Assembly (NCBI GenBank): GCA_038321985.1
Contig: JBBQFN010000016.1
Span: 1-64,000, forward strand
Reading direction: 5' to 3'
DNA length: 64,000 nucleotides
Source: Cyanophyceae cyanobacterium
Lineage (GTDB): Bacteria; Cyanobacteriota; Cyanobacteriia; Cyanobacteriales; Laspinemataceae
Below the pieces are notes generated by a model, which saw only the letters and a program-made list of their open reading frames with translations, did no database searches and was not told the origin of the DNA. Shown in pieces: positions 10,269 to 21,277 of this stretch (positions are counted from its first letter, which is position 1; every line of letters starts with the position of its first letter). Made by a program: the position numbers and the translations under genes.

Positions 10269-11333
10269 TTACTTTTCCACCCACTCACGCACTAATTGAG
10301 CAAGGCGATCGCTACTATCTGGAACGGCTAATGCACCGGCTGCATCTGCCATTTTTTGCAAGGAGTCAGGGGACTTAAGCCACTCCAATACTTGCCCTTT
10401 TAACTGTTCAAAAGTTAGCTCCTGTTGGCGGTAAACTACGGCGGCACCGGCATCGCCAAAGACTGCGGCATTGTACGCTTGATGATCTTCGGCGGCAAAG
10501 GGATAAGGAATCAAAATAGACGGCGTTTTTGTTACCGCTAATTCAGTCAAAGTCCCGGCACCGGCACGACTAATTACGAGTGTTGCACGATGTAATAATC
10601 CCGCCATATTTTGATAAAAAGGCATAGAAATATAGTGAGGGTCCTGAAAACTATCCACTTCCGGGTCATTATCTCCGGTTTGGTGGAAGATCCAGGCACC
10701 CGCATCAATCCAAGATTTCGCGCACTGACGCACCAGTTTGTTGACAGCGACGGCACCTTGGGAACCGCCCGCGATCGCAATCAGGGGGACATTTTCGGGA
10801 ATGGGTAAATCAAATTCCGGGGTAGCCAGGAACGGCGATCGTACCGGAGTTCCAACATAAGCGGTTTTTGCCTTCGGCAGATACTGCGCCGCCTTCTCAA
10901 ACCCAATTCCCACGACACTACACAAGGGACTAAAGGTGCGGGTGACTTTACCCGGCAAAGCATTAGACTCATGGAGAATGGCAGGCAACCCCAGAGATCG
11001 CGCTGCTAGAATTGCAGGGGCGGCAATATAACCCCCGGTGGTAAAGACCCCGTGGAATTGACCTGTTTTGAGCAAGCGCCGGACTTGAAACACCGAACTG
11101 ACAAGTCGGCTGGCGATTTTGAGGGTGCCGAGTCCTAGACGCTGTTGAAATCCTTCAACAGGAATGGTGTGCAACCGATAGCGATCGCCAATGAGTTGAG
11201 TTTCCATACGGTTGGGAACCCCCAACCATTCAATATCATAGTCTTTGAGTTGTTCTGCGGTGGCGAGTGCTGGGAACAAATGCCCACCCGTTCCACTCGC
11301 AGCAATCAGGAGTCGAATCGCTTTATTTGCCAA
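10269..11333 (-). CDS. murG: Undecaprenyl-PP-MurNAc-pentapeptide N-acetylglucosamine transferase
   Basis: SGTGGHLFPA, HESNALPG, GGSQGA, SRAGAGT, PYPFAAEDHQ. Confidence 0.97.
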   Translation of the reverse strand: MANKAIRLLIAASGTGGHLFPALATAEQLKDYDIEWLGVPNRMETQLIGDRYRLHTIPVEGFQQRLGLGTLKIASRLVSSVFQVRRLLKTGQFHGVFTTGGYIAAPAILAARSLGLPAILHESNALPGKVTRTFSPLCSVVGIGFEKAAQYLPKAKTAYVGTPVRSPFLATPEFDLPIPENVPLIAIAGGSQGAVAVNKLVRQCAKSWIDAGAWIFHQTGDNDPEVDSFQDPHYISMPFYQNMAGLLHRATLVISRAGAGTLTELAVTKTPSILIPYPFAAEDHQAYNAAVFGDAGAAVVYRQQELTFEQLKGQVLEWLKSPDSLQKMADAAGALAVPDSSDRLAQLVREWVEK

Positions 11334-11557
11334 GTCTGTTGCCTCTGTTTGCGGTTTCCTTGGGAGAGTTTGGGATGGGATGCAACAATCGCGATCGCAT
11401 CTAAACTTTAAACTATAAATTTAAAACTGTTGAACCCTAAAATCCAGAGGCAGTAAAATTAAATGGCGTTACTCCCGGCGGAAATCTACAGTTCTCCCCG
11501 GAAAACTACTGCTAGGATCTTTCGTGTCCTTTCCTGTCGTATTGAAGCCCTCCGAAG

Positions 11558-12403
11558 ATGACTAACCCCTTGAGCTTACTGCAATCTTGTTTCCTCCCGA
11601 AGACGCCACCCCAGACTCCTCCCTGTCCCGAACCTTCGGCGATCGCTGCTTTCGTGCTAGGTTTCAGCCTGTGGTGTGCCGGAGGTGCCACAGCCGTGGT
11701 TGCCGCAACAACGGCTGAAACTGCACCGCCCGAATTGAACCGGATTCTCCAGGATATTGATGCGGCAGCCAATCAGCAAGATATTCAAGCCGTGATGCAG
11801 TTTTACAGTCCAACTTTTGTAAATTCGGATGGATTAGATTACCAGAATTTAAGGCAAGGGTTAACCCAACTCTGGCAACGTTACCCCAATCTGAACTATC
11901 GCACCCAGATTGAATCTTGGGAACAAGACGGGAATGGATTTATAGTGGAAACGGTTACCGAAATCACGGGGGTTGAGACTCAAAACGATCGGGATATGAG
12001 GTTAACGGCGACGGTGCGATCGCAGCAGCATTATAGTAATCAAAAAATTGTCGGTCAAACTATTTTAGCCGAACGCAATCAAATCACTACGGGAGAGAAT
12101 CCCCCCACCCTACAAGTTAATTTACCCGAGGAAGTCCGCCCCGGAGAGCGGTATAACTTCGATGCGATCGTGGTTGAACCCTTACGAAATGATGTAATCC
12201 TAGGTTACGCACTAGAAGAACCTGCTCGCACGACCCCCTATCTAATCCCCTCAGATTTGAAATTAGAACCGCTCTCTTCAGGAGGATTATTTAAAATTGG
12301 TCAAGCATCATCAACGGAAGATAATCGCTGGATTTCAGCGATTATTGTTCGCAAAGATGGGATCACCATGGTGACCCATCGCCTACGGATTGTTGCCCCC
12401 TAA
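11558..12403 (+). CDS. Exported NTF2-like (nuclear transport factor 2 family) protein
   Basis: Signal-like hydrophobic segment; IDAAAN..FYSPTFVNSDGL NTF2-like start; C-terminal SGGLFK. Confidence 0.7.
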   Translation: MTNPLSLLQSCFLPKTPPQTPPCPEPSAIAAFVLGFSLWCAGGATAVVAATTAETAPPELNRILQDIDAAANQQDIQAVMQFYSPTFVNSDGLDYQNLRQGLTQLWQRYPNLNYRTQIESWEQDGNGFIVETVTEITGVETQNDRDMRLTATVRSQQHYSNQKIVGQTILAERNQITTGENPPTLQVNLPEEVRPGERYNFDAIVVEPLRNDVILGYALEEPARTTPYLIPSDLKLEPLSSGGLFKIGQASSTEDNRWISAIIVRKDGITMVTHRLRIVAP

Positions 12404-12438
12404 CTCTCCGGGAGAATAACCTAATCTAAACTCCCTTT

Positions 12439-12474
12439 CCGGTCCCCTCCCCTGAGTCTTGGGGAAGAGACCGG
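12439..12474. repeat. REP-like hairpin related to the 13-228 and 58797-58915 family
   Basis: CCGGTCCCCTCCCC...GGGGAAGAGACCGG. Confidence 0.5.
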
Positions 12475-12584
12475 AATGTTTTTTATCTACCCCTTTAACT
12501 TTTTAAAACTCCCCCAATAAAATCTTATTTCATTAATTTAAAATTATCAAAAATTATTAAATATAGAAACATCAAATTTTATCT

Positions 12585-13067
12585 CTATTTAGAGTTGGAT
12601 GTCAAACTATTTCGAGGTCTTTTTAAGGATTCAGTTTGCCCAAAAACCATGTATTTAGTTCCGGGATAAACCCAGAAGAGGAAAACCGTATTTTTAGAAA
12701 TTAACCAGGCTAATTCCTCTTGAGGAATAATCGATTGAGCCAGGAGAGTTGTGGCAAGTGAATGCAAAATTAAGGCTCCACCTGACACAATAATATAACG
12801 ACCTACAGATTCAGCTAAACTGTGCTTTTTGCTCTGCCTAAATACCCAAAATCGGCAAATTATAAAATGAAGCAATGCTCCAGCTAAAGAACCGAGAGCC
12901 GCTGCTGTGGAAATTTGCATCTCTACTCCTCGATTCAACAGAGTAAAGACTACAAAATCAAGGGCGGTTGCCAGCCAAGAGGCAACACTCATTTTGCTAA
13001 TATCTCGAATATGTTCTATGAGCGTTCTCATTGCACGCTTACGTCTTGGATTTGCATCTAACACCAT
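12585..13067 (-). CDS. GtrA family membrane protein (putative lipid-linked sugar flippase)
   Basis: Four TM helices; ATALDFVVF..HFIICRFWVF..RYIIV pattern. Confidence 0.8.
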   Translation of the reverse strand: MVLDANPRRKRAMRTLIEHIRDISKMSVASWLATALDFVVFTLLNRGVEMQISTAAALGSLAGALLHFIICRFWVFRQSKKHSLAESVGRYIIVSGGALILHSLATTLLAQSIIPQEELAWLISKNTVFLFWVYPGTKYMVFGQTESLKRPRNSLTSNSK

Positions 13068-13658
13068 ACCCTTGAATCGGCAGAACGTTTAGAAATTCTC
13101 CCCCTGAAGGGGATGAAATGCCTCCTGCGTCCCAACTCTTCGATTGGTGCGGGATCAGGAGATATCATCCGTCTCGGGATGAGTGGGAATCCTGGGAGTA
13201 TGGGGAATTGGGGAAGCCACTGGGGACAGTCTCTACCGACTATTAATAAAATTGTGGCTGAGAGAATGGGGAGGAGTGGGTGTCACTTTCTCAACTGGCT
13301 AAGGGTTGAGGTTGACCGGGATCCGCTATGATTCGCCCTAACCCAAGGTGGGTTTAAACCCGATGATGTGTAGAGACGGCAGAGGGTCTGTCTTGACGTC
13401 AAATTCACCGGATATCTAAATGATAGCGCTAGGGGAAATGAGGAGGGGACTTGGGAGAATCGGAGCAAGTCAGAAATCTTAACCCCCGGTTTATTGGCTG
13501 GGATTTTTATCAAGTTACTCAGCGATCGCCTGGAGATTGGGGGGTTACAACCGTTAGAAGAGGCGAACAAAATCTAACGGATGAGAAAGTCAGCAAAAAT
13601 TTAAGGATATCCATCGCCTTGTTTTGGGGAGTCGCGGGAACTTAAATTTTTGAGTTTT

Positions 13659-14193
13659 AAACGAATCGTTTTTCTGTCGGATAGATTATATCATATTTGG
13701 GGAAAATTTAGATAAAGTTTACAAAATACAGACGAAATTTAATCGGATATTGAGCTGTTTTGAGCTAAATTGCGATCGCCAAAAATAGCAACAGTTAGCA
13801 AAGTAGGGATGAATAAACCGCTGTAATGGAGTGAAGAGATCGCCCGAATCCTTAAAGGTCATGGATGACTGAGTAACTACACCTAATCCAGCCGTTTAAA
13901 AAAATCTCAAGGAAATCCTTCGATAAATTTCTCTAGGGATGAGCCACTCGGGACGGCGATCGCGGCAAAGGGGGGATTGAAGGACCGGCGAAAAACCCTT
14001 CAAATCCTTTCAGGTCAATCAATACGACTACCCGGGGACGGATGGGTTAACCCACTCCTGTAGAACCCTGCATTAACAAGACTTAACATTCCGACGGAAG
14101 GAATGGATCCTAATTTGTCAAATGATCCCTTAAATTAGGAAAGGCAGTGATAAGATCGAAAAACATCGCTATTCCGACCGGATTACCGGAGAG
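13659..14193 (+). promoter_or_regulatory. Putative repeated regulator boxes upstream of sir
   Basis: GTCGGATA (13676), ATACAGAC-N8-ATCGGATAT (13726-13750), ATTCCGAC (14088), ATTCCGAC-N7-CCGGA (14171). Confidence 0.35.
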
Positions 14194-14226
14194 AAATAGC
14201 CTCTACCATTTTCACGAGATGTGCTC

Positions 14227-16428
14227 ATGGTTCAATCATTTACAACGACACCATCAACGACTGATACCACTCCAAAAGTTTCTAAAGTCGAAGGCATCAA
14301 AGAACGCAGCAACTATTTGCGCGAACCACTTGCCACCGAGCTTTTAGAGGATACGACTCACTTTTCCCATGATTCCTATCAGATTCTGAAATTTCACGGT
14401 TCATATCAGCAAGATAACCGGGAGAATCGGGTCAAAGGACAGGAAAAAGACTTCCAAATGATGCTTCGCACCCGATCGCCGGGGGGATTCATTCCACCGC
14501 AGCTGTATCTAACCTTAGAACGGCTCTCGGAAGAATATGGCAATCACACCCTGCGAGTCACCACCCGTCAAGGCTTCCAAATGCATGGAATCTTGAAGAA
14601 AAATTTGAAGACGGCGATCCAGGAAATTGTCCATAACATGGGTTCTACCTTGGGCGCGTGCGGAGACATTAACCGTAACGTTATGGCACCTCCAGCGCCA
14701 TTTACGAACCGTTTCGATTACGATTGCGTTCGTAGATATGCCAACAATATCGCCGATTTGCTGACCCCACAGAGTGGGGCCTATTACGAGATTTGGCTAG
14801 ATGGGGAAAAAGCCATCAGCGGTGAAGAAAATCCCCTGGTGAAAGAAGCGCGTCAGCGCAATGGCAACGGTACAATCTTCCCTGATTCCCCGGATCCGAT
14901 TTATGGATCCCTATTTCTACCGCGCAAATTCAAAATTGCCGTCACGGTTCCTGGGGACAATTCCGTTGATATTTATTCTCAAGACCTAGGCCTCATCGTG
15001 ATTCTCGATGATGCGGGCCAGCTTGAAGGATTTAACGTCCTCGCCGGGGGTGGATTGGGCCGTACCCATAACAAAGAGGAAACCTTCCCTCGTCTAGCCG
15101 ATCCCATTGGTTTTGTCAGAAAGGACGACATTTACGAGGCGGTAAAGGCGATTGTGGCGACCCAGCGCGATTATGGAAATCGTGTCGAACGCCGTCTCTC
15201 GCGGATGAAATACCTAATCGAAGACTGGGGGGTCGAAAAATTCCGGGAAACGGTTGAAGGATATTTGGGCAAAAAATTTGAACCCTTCAGACCCTTACCC
15301 GAGTTTAAATACCACGATTTCCTCGGTTGGCACGATCAAGGGGATGGCAAGCTGTTTTACGGGATTTCCGTAGAGAATGGTCGGATTCACGATCACGGTT
15401 CATTGCAGCTCAAAACTGCTTTGCGGCGCATCATCGAGGAGTTCAACCTGCCGATGCTTCTGACGCCCCATCAAAATGTGCTACTGTACGATATTGCTCC
15501 GGCACAACAACGGGAAATCGAGCAAATTTTGCAAGAATGCGGGATTAAACGGGAAACTGAGATCGATCCGTTGGTCCGGTATTCAATGGCTTGTCCCGCC
15601 TTACCTACTTGCGGTTTAGCAATTGCGGAAGCCGAACGAGGGATCCCTGGGGTCCTGGCTCGCATTCGCGCCCTGTTGAATCAAGTGGGGTTACCCGAAG
15701 AACACTTTGTGGTGCGGATGACAGGTTGCCCGAATGGTTGTGCTCGCCCTTACTTAGCCGAACTCGGCTTTGTGGGCAGATCGCCGGGTTCTTATCAAAT
15801 CTGGTTAGGTGGGGACCCCCATCAAACGAGGTTGGCTCAAACTTATATTGAGAGTTTGGCGATCGAAAATTTGGAAGCCACCCTAGAACCCTTGTTTGTG
15901 TACTTCAAACAAGAACGACTGCATCAGGTTGAACCTGAAAGCTTTGGTAATTTTTGCCATCGGGTTGGGTTTGAATCCCTCCGGCGCTTTGCTGCTACAT
16001 ATTCTGCTACTCCCAACGCTTCAATTCAAGAAATGGTTAATCAATTCTCTTCTTCTGTTAACTCGGAAAATGTCACCACTTCGGGTGCCGAACCCATTGC
16101 CGCCTCTATCACTTCCGAATCGTCTATGCCGGTAACTTCGGCGAGCGATTCACCGACTGGGGAGGCTCCTACGGCTATGGGCTCCGGTGTCCCCCCAACC
16201 CCGCCAGCTCCCCCAAGCGGTGGCGGTGGCGGTGGCGGTGGCGGTGATGATGAGGGTGAGGGGGATGACGCCTCCGGTTCTTCTCGTCCTCCCCGTCGCC
16301 GAATTAATGTCAGCAATGAGATTTATCTTCAGCTTAAGACGGAGGCAGAGCGCCAGGGTAAGCCGATGAGTCAATTAGCTGGAGATGCGATCGATGCTTT
16401 CTTAAAAAGCTTGACTGAACCCGCCTAA
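14227..16428 (+). CDS. sir: Ferredoxin-dependent sulfite reductase with a C-terminal low-complexity linker and RHH-like domain
   Basis: [26 protein letters not shown]; siroheme/Fe-S ligands ACPALPTCG and TGCPNGCAR. Confidence 0.95.
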   Translation: MVQSFTTTPSTTDTTPKVSKVEGIKERSNYLREPLATELLEDTTHFSHDSYQILKFHGSYQQDNRENRVKGQEKDFQMMLRTRSPGGFIPPQLYLTLERLSEEYGNHTLRVTTRQGFQMHGILKKNLKTAIQEIVHNMGSTLGACGDINRNVMAPPAPFTNRFDYDCVRRYANNIADLLTPQSGAYYEIWLDGEKAISGEENPLVKEARQRNGNGTIFPDSPDPIYGSLFLPRKFKIAVTVPGDNSVDIYSQDLGLIVILDDAGQLEGFNVLAGGGLGRTHNKEETFPRLADPIGFVRKDDIYEAVKAIVATQRDYGNRVERRLSRMKYLIEDWGVEKFRETVEGYLGKKFEPFRPLPEFKYHDFLGWHDQGDGKLFYGISVENGRIHDHGSLQLKTALRRIIEEFNLPMLLTPHQNVLLYDIAPAQQREIEQILQECGIKRETEIDPLVRYSMACPALPTCGLAIAEAERGIPGVLARIRALLNQVGLPEEHFVVRMTGCPNGCARPYLAELGFVGRSPGSYQIWLGGDPHQTRLAQTYIESLAIENLEATLEPLFVYFKQERLHQVEPESFGNFCHRVGFESLRRFAATYSATPNASIQEMVNQFSSSVNSENVTTSGAEPIAASITSESSMPVTSASDSPTGEAPTAMGSGVPPTPPAPPSGGGGGGGGGDDEGEGDDASGSSRPPRRRINVSNEIYLQLKTEAERQGKPMSQLAGDAIDAFLKSLTEPA

Positions 16429-16585
16429 ATCCCTCGGTCCATTTCCCGGTTTAATCTACCTCTGGAGTCACAAAAACTTGTCAGGAGTTCTATAAATTAA
16501 GGAATCATCACCACAAGCCTAATGACTCTTGGGGTGGCGACTGGAGATCCTAATATCCTAATATTGAAATTCCTGGCAGGTTTTA

Positions 16586-17701
16586 ATGGTGAGCTATAAG
16601 TTCAAACGACAGATATGGTTGGCCTATTTGCAAACCCTCCGATTTTTCAAAACCTGGTGGGAAAGTAATAGCGGAGAATGGAAATGGATAGCGGAAAAAC
16701 CGATTTCCCTAGAAGGCTTGAACCGGCAGCTATGGCGCTCTTCGGTTCCTTCGCGGAGCTTTTATGTTTTGCTCGGCTTGTCAGGCATCATTTCTACTCT
16801 GGGACTGCTGGCAAATAGTGCCGCTACTATTATCGGAGCGATGATTATCGCTCCTTTAATGGGTCCGATTCTGGGAATCGCCTATGGAATGGTCATGGGC
16901 AATCGTCGCTTGTTAAAGCGCTCGAATTTAACTCTCTGGACTGGAGTGGGTTTAACAATTTTTATTTCTTTTTTGATCTCTCATCTGGTTGGCTTAAGAA
17001 CGGTTCAAGAAGAAATTCTAGGGCGATCGCAGCCCACATTACTGGACCTAGGCGTGGCGTTAGCCGCCGGTACCGCTGGGGCATTTGCTAAATCTCGCCG
17101 CCATATTGCTGATGCTTTGCCTGGGGTGGCGATCGCTGTAGCGTTGGCTCCCCCATTAAGCGTTATTGGTATTGGTATTTCTTTACGTTCTCCAGAAATT
17201 TTTACCGGCAGTTCCTTACTATTTTTAACAAACTTAATCGGTATTATTTTTAGTGGGGGGTTAGTTTTTGTTTCCCAACGGTATGGGTCCTTAAAACGAG
17301 CAAAGGAAGGCTTTTTAATCTCCATTTTTACTTTAACTCTTTTAGGCTTGCCTTTAGGAATTTCTTTGAATAATTTAGTGCTGCGGGATAATATTCGCCG
17401 TAGTATCATCCTGTTAATTGGTCAAGAAACTCTGACGTTTTCTAAAACCGACATCCGCAGGGTAGAGGTTAAGTCAAAACAAGACGTCCTGGTTGTCAAT
17501 CTCGAAGTGGCTGCGGCTGCAAACTCGATTTCAGAAAATCAAGTTAACTTAGTACGAGATTTTTTAGAAGAAAGACTTCAACGAAAGCTGTCCTTGAATG
17601 TCCAGGTGATTCCTTTGACGCAATTTACGGCTCCGGCTGACTCTGGAGAGTCGAATCCGGATGTAAAAGAGGGAGAAGATTTTATCAATCAACAGAATTA
17701 A
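16586..17701 (+). CDS. DUF389 / TIGR00341 family membrane protein
   Basis: SAATIIGAMIIAPLMGPI, ALPGVAIAVALAPPL. Confidence 0.88.
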   Translation: MVSYKFKRQIWLAYLQTLRFFKTWWESNSGEWKWIAEKPISLEGLNRQLWRSSVPSRSFYVLLGLSGIISTLGLLANSAATIIGAMIIAPLMGPILGIAYGMVMGNRRLLKRSNLTLWTGVGLTIFISFLISHLVGLRTVQEEILGRSQPTLLDLGVALAAGTAGAFAKSRRHIADALPGVAIAVALAPPLSVIGIGISLRSPEIFTGSSLLFLTNLIGIIFSGGLVFVSQRYGSLKRAKEGFLISIFTLTLLGLPLGISLNNLVLRDNIRRSIILLIGQETLTFSKTDIRRVEVKSKQDVLVVNLEVAAAANSISENQVNLVRDFLEERLQRKLSLNVQVIPLTQFTAPADSGESNPDVKEGEDFINQQN

Positions 17702-17721
17702 ATTTAAAATAAAGGTTTTTT

Positions 17722-18522
17722 GTGAGCGCAGCCAAAACCGGGAATTTTCAACATTTAGGGCAACTGCAACGAGTTGCGATCGCACCGTCACAACTTCAAA
17801 AGGGCGGGATTTTCCTTGATCGCCCTCAACAGCATTATTTAATTCGCGTCTTGCGCTTAAACCCGGGCGATCGCTTTATTGCCATGGATGGACAAGGACA
17901 ATGGTGTTTAGCTCAACTCTCGTCTAATTCTGAATTTGCCACGATTTTAGAGTCTGTGTGTGTGAAGACGGAGTTGCCAGTTGCCGTCACCTTAATCATT
18001 GCACTCCCTAAAAATGGCTTAGATGAAGTGGTCCGGCAAACCACGGAAATTGGGGTAACGACCCTCGTCCCTGTTTTGAGCGATCGCACGGTACTCAAAC
18101 CTAGCCCTCAAAAGCTCGATCGCTGGCGTCGCATTGCGCGGGAAGCGGCGGAACAATCGGAACGTCAAATTGTGCCAACGATTCTAGATCCAATCGCCTT
18201 GACAGACTATCTCTCTCAACCCGAAAAACCCCAAAACCGTTATATTTGCGTCACTCGGGCTGAAGCACCCCATTTACTCGATTGCCTTTTGAACCGTCAA
18301 ATTTCCCAGGCGGAGTTAACAAAAGGCTCCCTTGAAATTGCCACGGGTCCCGAAGGCGGATGGACCCCGGCAGAAGTCGAACAGGCGATCGCCTCCGGCT
18401 TCCAACCCGTTTCTCTCGGCAGTCGCATTCTCAGAGCCGTAACTGCACCGGGAGTTGCCTTATCTCTAATCGCTGCGGCTTTAGAAATTAACCCAACCCC
18501 AAATCAGACCTTTTTACCCTAA
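17722..18522 (+). CDS. rsmE: 16S rRNA m3U1498 methyltransferase
   Basis: HYLIRVLRL, EAAEQS, GPEGGW, LGSRILRAVTA. Confidence 0.93.
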   Translation: MSAAKTGNFQHLGQLQRVAIAPSQLQKGGIFLDRPQQHYLIRVLRLNPGDRFIAMDGQGQWCLAQLSSNSEFATILESVCVKTELPVAVTLIIALPKNGLDEVVRQTTEIGVTTLVPVLSDRTVLKPSPQKLDRWRRIAREAAEQSERQIVPTILDPIALTDYLSQPEKPQNRYICVTRAEAPHLLDCLLNRQISQAELTKGSLEIATGPEGGWTPAEVEQAIASGFQPVSLGSRILRAVTAPGVALSLIAAALEINPTPNQTFLP

Positions 18523-18575
18523 AAACTAGAAAGAGACGCAATGAAGGCGTCTCTCAAGTTACTTTTACAGCACTT

Positions 18576-19001
18576 CTATCGAGTCGAAGTTCGCATATTC
18601 CGCGCCATATCTAGATAAGAGGTCATGTTTGCACCGGGACGACGACGGGGAGTAACCATCACGGGGGTGACATCCCGCTTAGTAGGGGCTGGAGCCACTT
18701 CTTGAGGGGCTTTTTTAGTCGGTTCTGCCTTGGCGATCGCCACAGTCGGAGCTGGAGCAGCAGGTGCAGGCTTCGTCTCGGCCTTTTTCTGGCTAGTCTT
18801 AGATTTGCTGACCTTTGCTGGTTCTGGTTTCTGCTCGGGGAGGGGTTCTACTTTCTTCTGTACCTGAGCCGCTTGGGGTTTGGCCGCAGCCGTGCCTTTC
18901 GATTCCTCCAGTTCCAGATAGTATCCTGACTTTTTGGCTCCAAATAGGCCGCTTAAGAAGCTGAAAATGCCGCCAAATATACTTTTGATAAAACCGAACA
19001 T
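18576..19001 (-). CDS. Conserved cyanobacterial hypothetical protein with a Lys/Pro/Ala-rich centre
   Basis: AGGAG RBS before MFGFIK; GYYLELEE and RRRPGANMTSYLDMAR motifs. Confidence 0.7.
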   Translation of the reverse strand: MFGFIKSIFGGIFSFLSGLFGAKKSGYYLELEESKGTAAAKPQAAQVQKKVEPLPEQKPEPAKVSKSKTSQKKAETKPAPAAPAPTVAIAKAEPTKKAPQEVAPAPTKRDVTPVMVTPRRRPGANMTSYLDMARNMRTSTR

Positions 19002-19406
19002 GGTCCTTACTCCTAAATATTTACTCTCAATTAGCAAGGGCTGGAGCCTTAACAGCTTGTTGCCGCCTCCGGCGAGAGACCCGGACTAGCAGACTCTGTT
19101 CAAGGCTTCCCCAAAACTGAAACTGTTTCGTTTAATTATGAAGTTCTAATAAGCCCAATCCTTCATTAAGAAGAAAAATTTTAATAAAAATTTACAAACT
19201 TGCCTGAAAGGGCCAATTTACCTGAAAACTCCTTTACATAACTACAAATATTTTCAGAATTGCATTGTAAGTTGGCGATTAGAAATAAGCAAGCTACAAT
19301 AATTTTGGGTTCATGACTTGCTCTTGTTTCCGGATGTTGGCAATCACTGCTGACCCTTTTCCCCTGTTCCCTTACAATAATCCCTATCATTAAAACCCCT
19401 AGAATA

Positions 19407-20015
19407 ATGATGAATCAAAACCATCCAAAAAACCCCGTGATATTAGTTCATGGAATCTGGGATACAAGCGATATTTTTAGTAAAATATCTCTGGTTTTAG
19501 GCGAACTGGGATGGTCAGTTTATAGCTTAAATTTAATTCCCAATAATGCTTCATTAGGCTTAGACCGTTTAGCGGAACAACTCAGGGATTTTATCGACCA
19601 AAACTTGGGAAGCGATCGCCCCTTTGATTTAATCGGATATAGCATGGGAGGAATTGTTAGCCGTTATTATGTCCAGCGACTCGGAGGCATTGAGCGGGTA
19701 CAGCGATTTATTACCATTTCATCGCCTCATCAAGGCACGTTGACTGCTTACGCCTTGGCTTTGGAAGGATGCCTGCAAATGCGTCCAAACAGCCAGTTTT
19801 TGAAAGATTTGAATCGGGATGCCGTGGAGATACTGGGACGGGTTAAATTTACCTCAATCTGGACACCTTATGATAGTATGATTATCCCGGCTAAAAGTTC
19901 GCAAATGCCCGTAGGTAAGGAAGTACAATTGCCCATTTTGGTGCATCGCTGGATGGTACGCGATCGCCGATGTTTGCAGCTAATAGCTGACACTTTATCA
20001 GAACCTCTGGTCTAA
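19407..20015 (+). CDS. Alpha/beta-hydrolase (lipase/esterase)
   Basis: LVHGI, GYSMGG nucleophile elbow, SPHQGT. Confidence 0.9.
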   Translation: MMNQNHPKNPVILVHGIWDTSDIFSKISLVLGELGWSVYSLNLIPNNASLGLDRLAEQLRDFIDQNLGSDRPFDLIGYSMGGIVSRYYVQRLGGIERVQRFITISSPHQGTLTAYALALEGCLQMRPNSQFLKDLNRDAVEILGRVKFTSIWTPYDSMIIPAKSSQMPVGKEVQLPILVHRWMVRDRRCLQLIADTLSEPLV

Positions 20016-20074
20016 AATAGGGAGTTGTGATAAATAGCGGATAAATATCAGTAAATATTACCAGATATGCAATC

Positions 20075-20686
20075 ATGGAAAAGAAGAGTAACCGAAACCC
20101 TGTAGTGCTGGTTCATGGGATTTTTAGACAGTCGGGTGTGTTTCGGAAAATGGCAGATTATCTAAAGAAAGAGGGCTGGTTCGTTTATTCTTTAAATCTG
20201 ACGATTGGCGATCGCACCTGGGGTTTAGAAGACTTAGGGCGAGAATTAGCGGATTATATTGAAAAAACTTTTCCCCCTGAACAACCGATAGATTTAATTG
20301 GACTGAGTATGGGAGGTTTGGTGAGTCGCTATTACCTACAACGACTGGGAGGAATCCAGCGCGTCCACCGTTTTATTACTATTTCTACACCCCATACCGG
20401 AACCTGGATGGCCTATATTTTGGGGTGTAAAACTTGTTTGCAAATGCGTCCAAATAGTGAATTCATTAAATATTTAAATCAAGATATACTGATGTTAAAA
20501 CAAGTTGAATTTACTTCAATTTGGACGCCCTGGGATTTTATTATTGTTCCTGCAACTAGCTCTATTTTACCCGTAGGCAAAATGGTAAAATTGCCGGTAT
20601 TTACTCATGCAAATATGGTGTGGCATAAGTCGAGTTTAGCTGCGATCGCAGAGGCACTAAAAGAACAAATAGGGGTAACCCTTTAG
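20075..20686 (+). CDS. Alpha/beta-hydrolase (lipase/esterase), tandem paralog
   Basis: LVHGI, GLSMGG, TPHTGT; closely similar to the upstream gene. Confidence 0.9.
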   Translation: MEKKSNRNPVVLVHGIFRQSGVFRKMADYLKKEGWFVYSLNLTIGDRTWGLEDLGRELADYIEKTFPPEQPIDLIGLSMGGLVSRYYLQRLGGIQRVHRFITISTPHTGTWMAYILGCKTCLQMRPNSEFIKYLNQDILMLKQVEFTSIWTPWDFIIVPATSSILPVGKMVKLPVFTHANMVWHKSSLAAIAEALKEQIGVTL

Positions 20687-20824
20687 GTGGTGAGAGGGAT
20701 ACTTATCGCCGCCTAAATTATTTATAAAATAAAATTTAAAAAGTGCAGTATCGGAGCGGGGCTAAACCATTTCATCTTGCTCGCGGGTAAAATATCTAAG
20801 GAGCGAGCAAGATGTACACACTCC

Positions 20825-21262
20825 TTAATGTTCTGGGCGATCGCCAATTTCGGTAAATTCCGCACTACCAAAAATTGCCTCGGGATGGGCGTAATATTTG
20901 AACTCTAGTAAATTATAAAACGGGTCCTCTAAAAAGAACGTGCGATGTTCTAACTCAGAACCGGGAAAGCGCCGTTTTGGTTCTTCACGAAACTGGAGTT
21001 GATGGTGTTGGGCGCGTTCTAGGAGGCTTTCCCAATCGGCTTCATTTTGAAAAACTAAGCCAAAATGACGAGGATAAATGCTTTTTTGGGGGGTGATGGG
21101 GTCTTTGGTGACATGGGCAACGAGTTGATTGCCATAGAGGTTTAAAATAACAGCAGTATGGGATTCGCGCCCGACTTGGCAACCGAGACCTTCAGCGTAA
21201 AATTCTTTGGTCTTGGTAATGTCGGTAACGGGAAAGGCGAGATGAAAAAAGACACTGTTCAT
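20825..21262 (-). CDS. VOC/glyoxalase family protein
   Basis: FHLAFPV, PRHFG, FLEDPFYNLLEFK. Confidence 0.88.
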   Translation of the reverse strand: MNSVFFHLAFPVTDITKTKEFYAEGLGCQVGRESHTAVILNLYGNQLVAHVTKDPITPQKSIYPRHFGLVFQNEADWESLLERAQHHQLQFREEPKRRFPGSELEHRTFFLEDPFYNLLEFKYYAHPEAIFGSAEFTEIGDRPEH

Positions 21263-21277
21263 GAGGGGTGATTTAAA

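Noticed and set aside
13113..13645. Short ORFs in the region upstream of sir
   Set aside because: They overlap each other and show no recognisable motifs.
20773..20814. 12-bp inverted repeat CATCTTGCTCGC / GCGAGCAAGATG
   Set aside because: Most simply a decayed REP-like hairpin or terminator between convergent genes.
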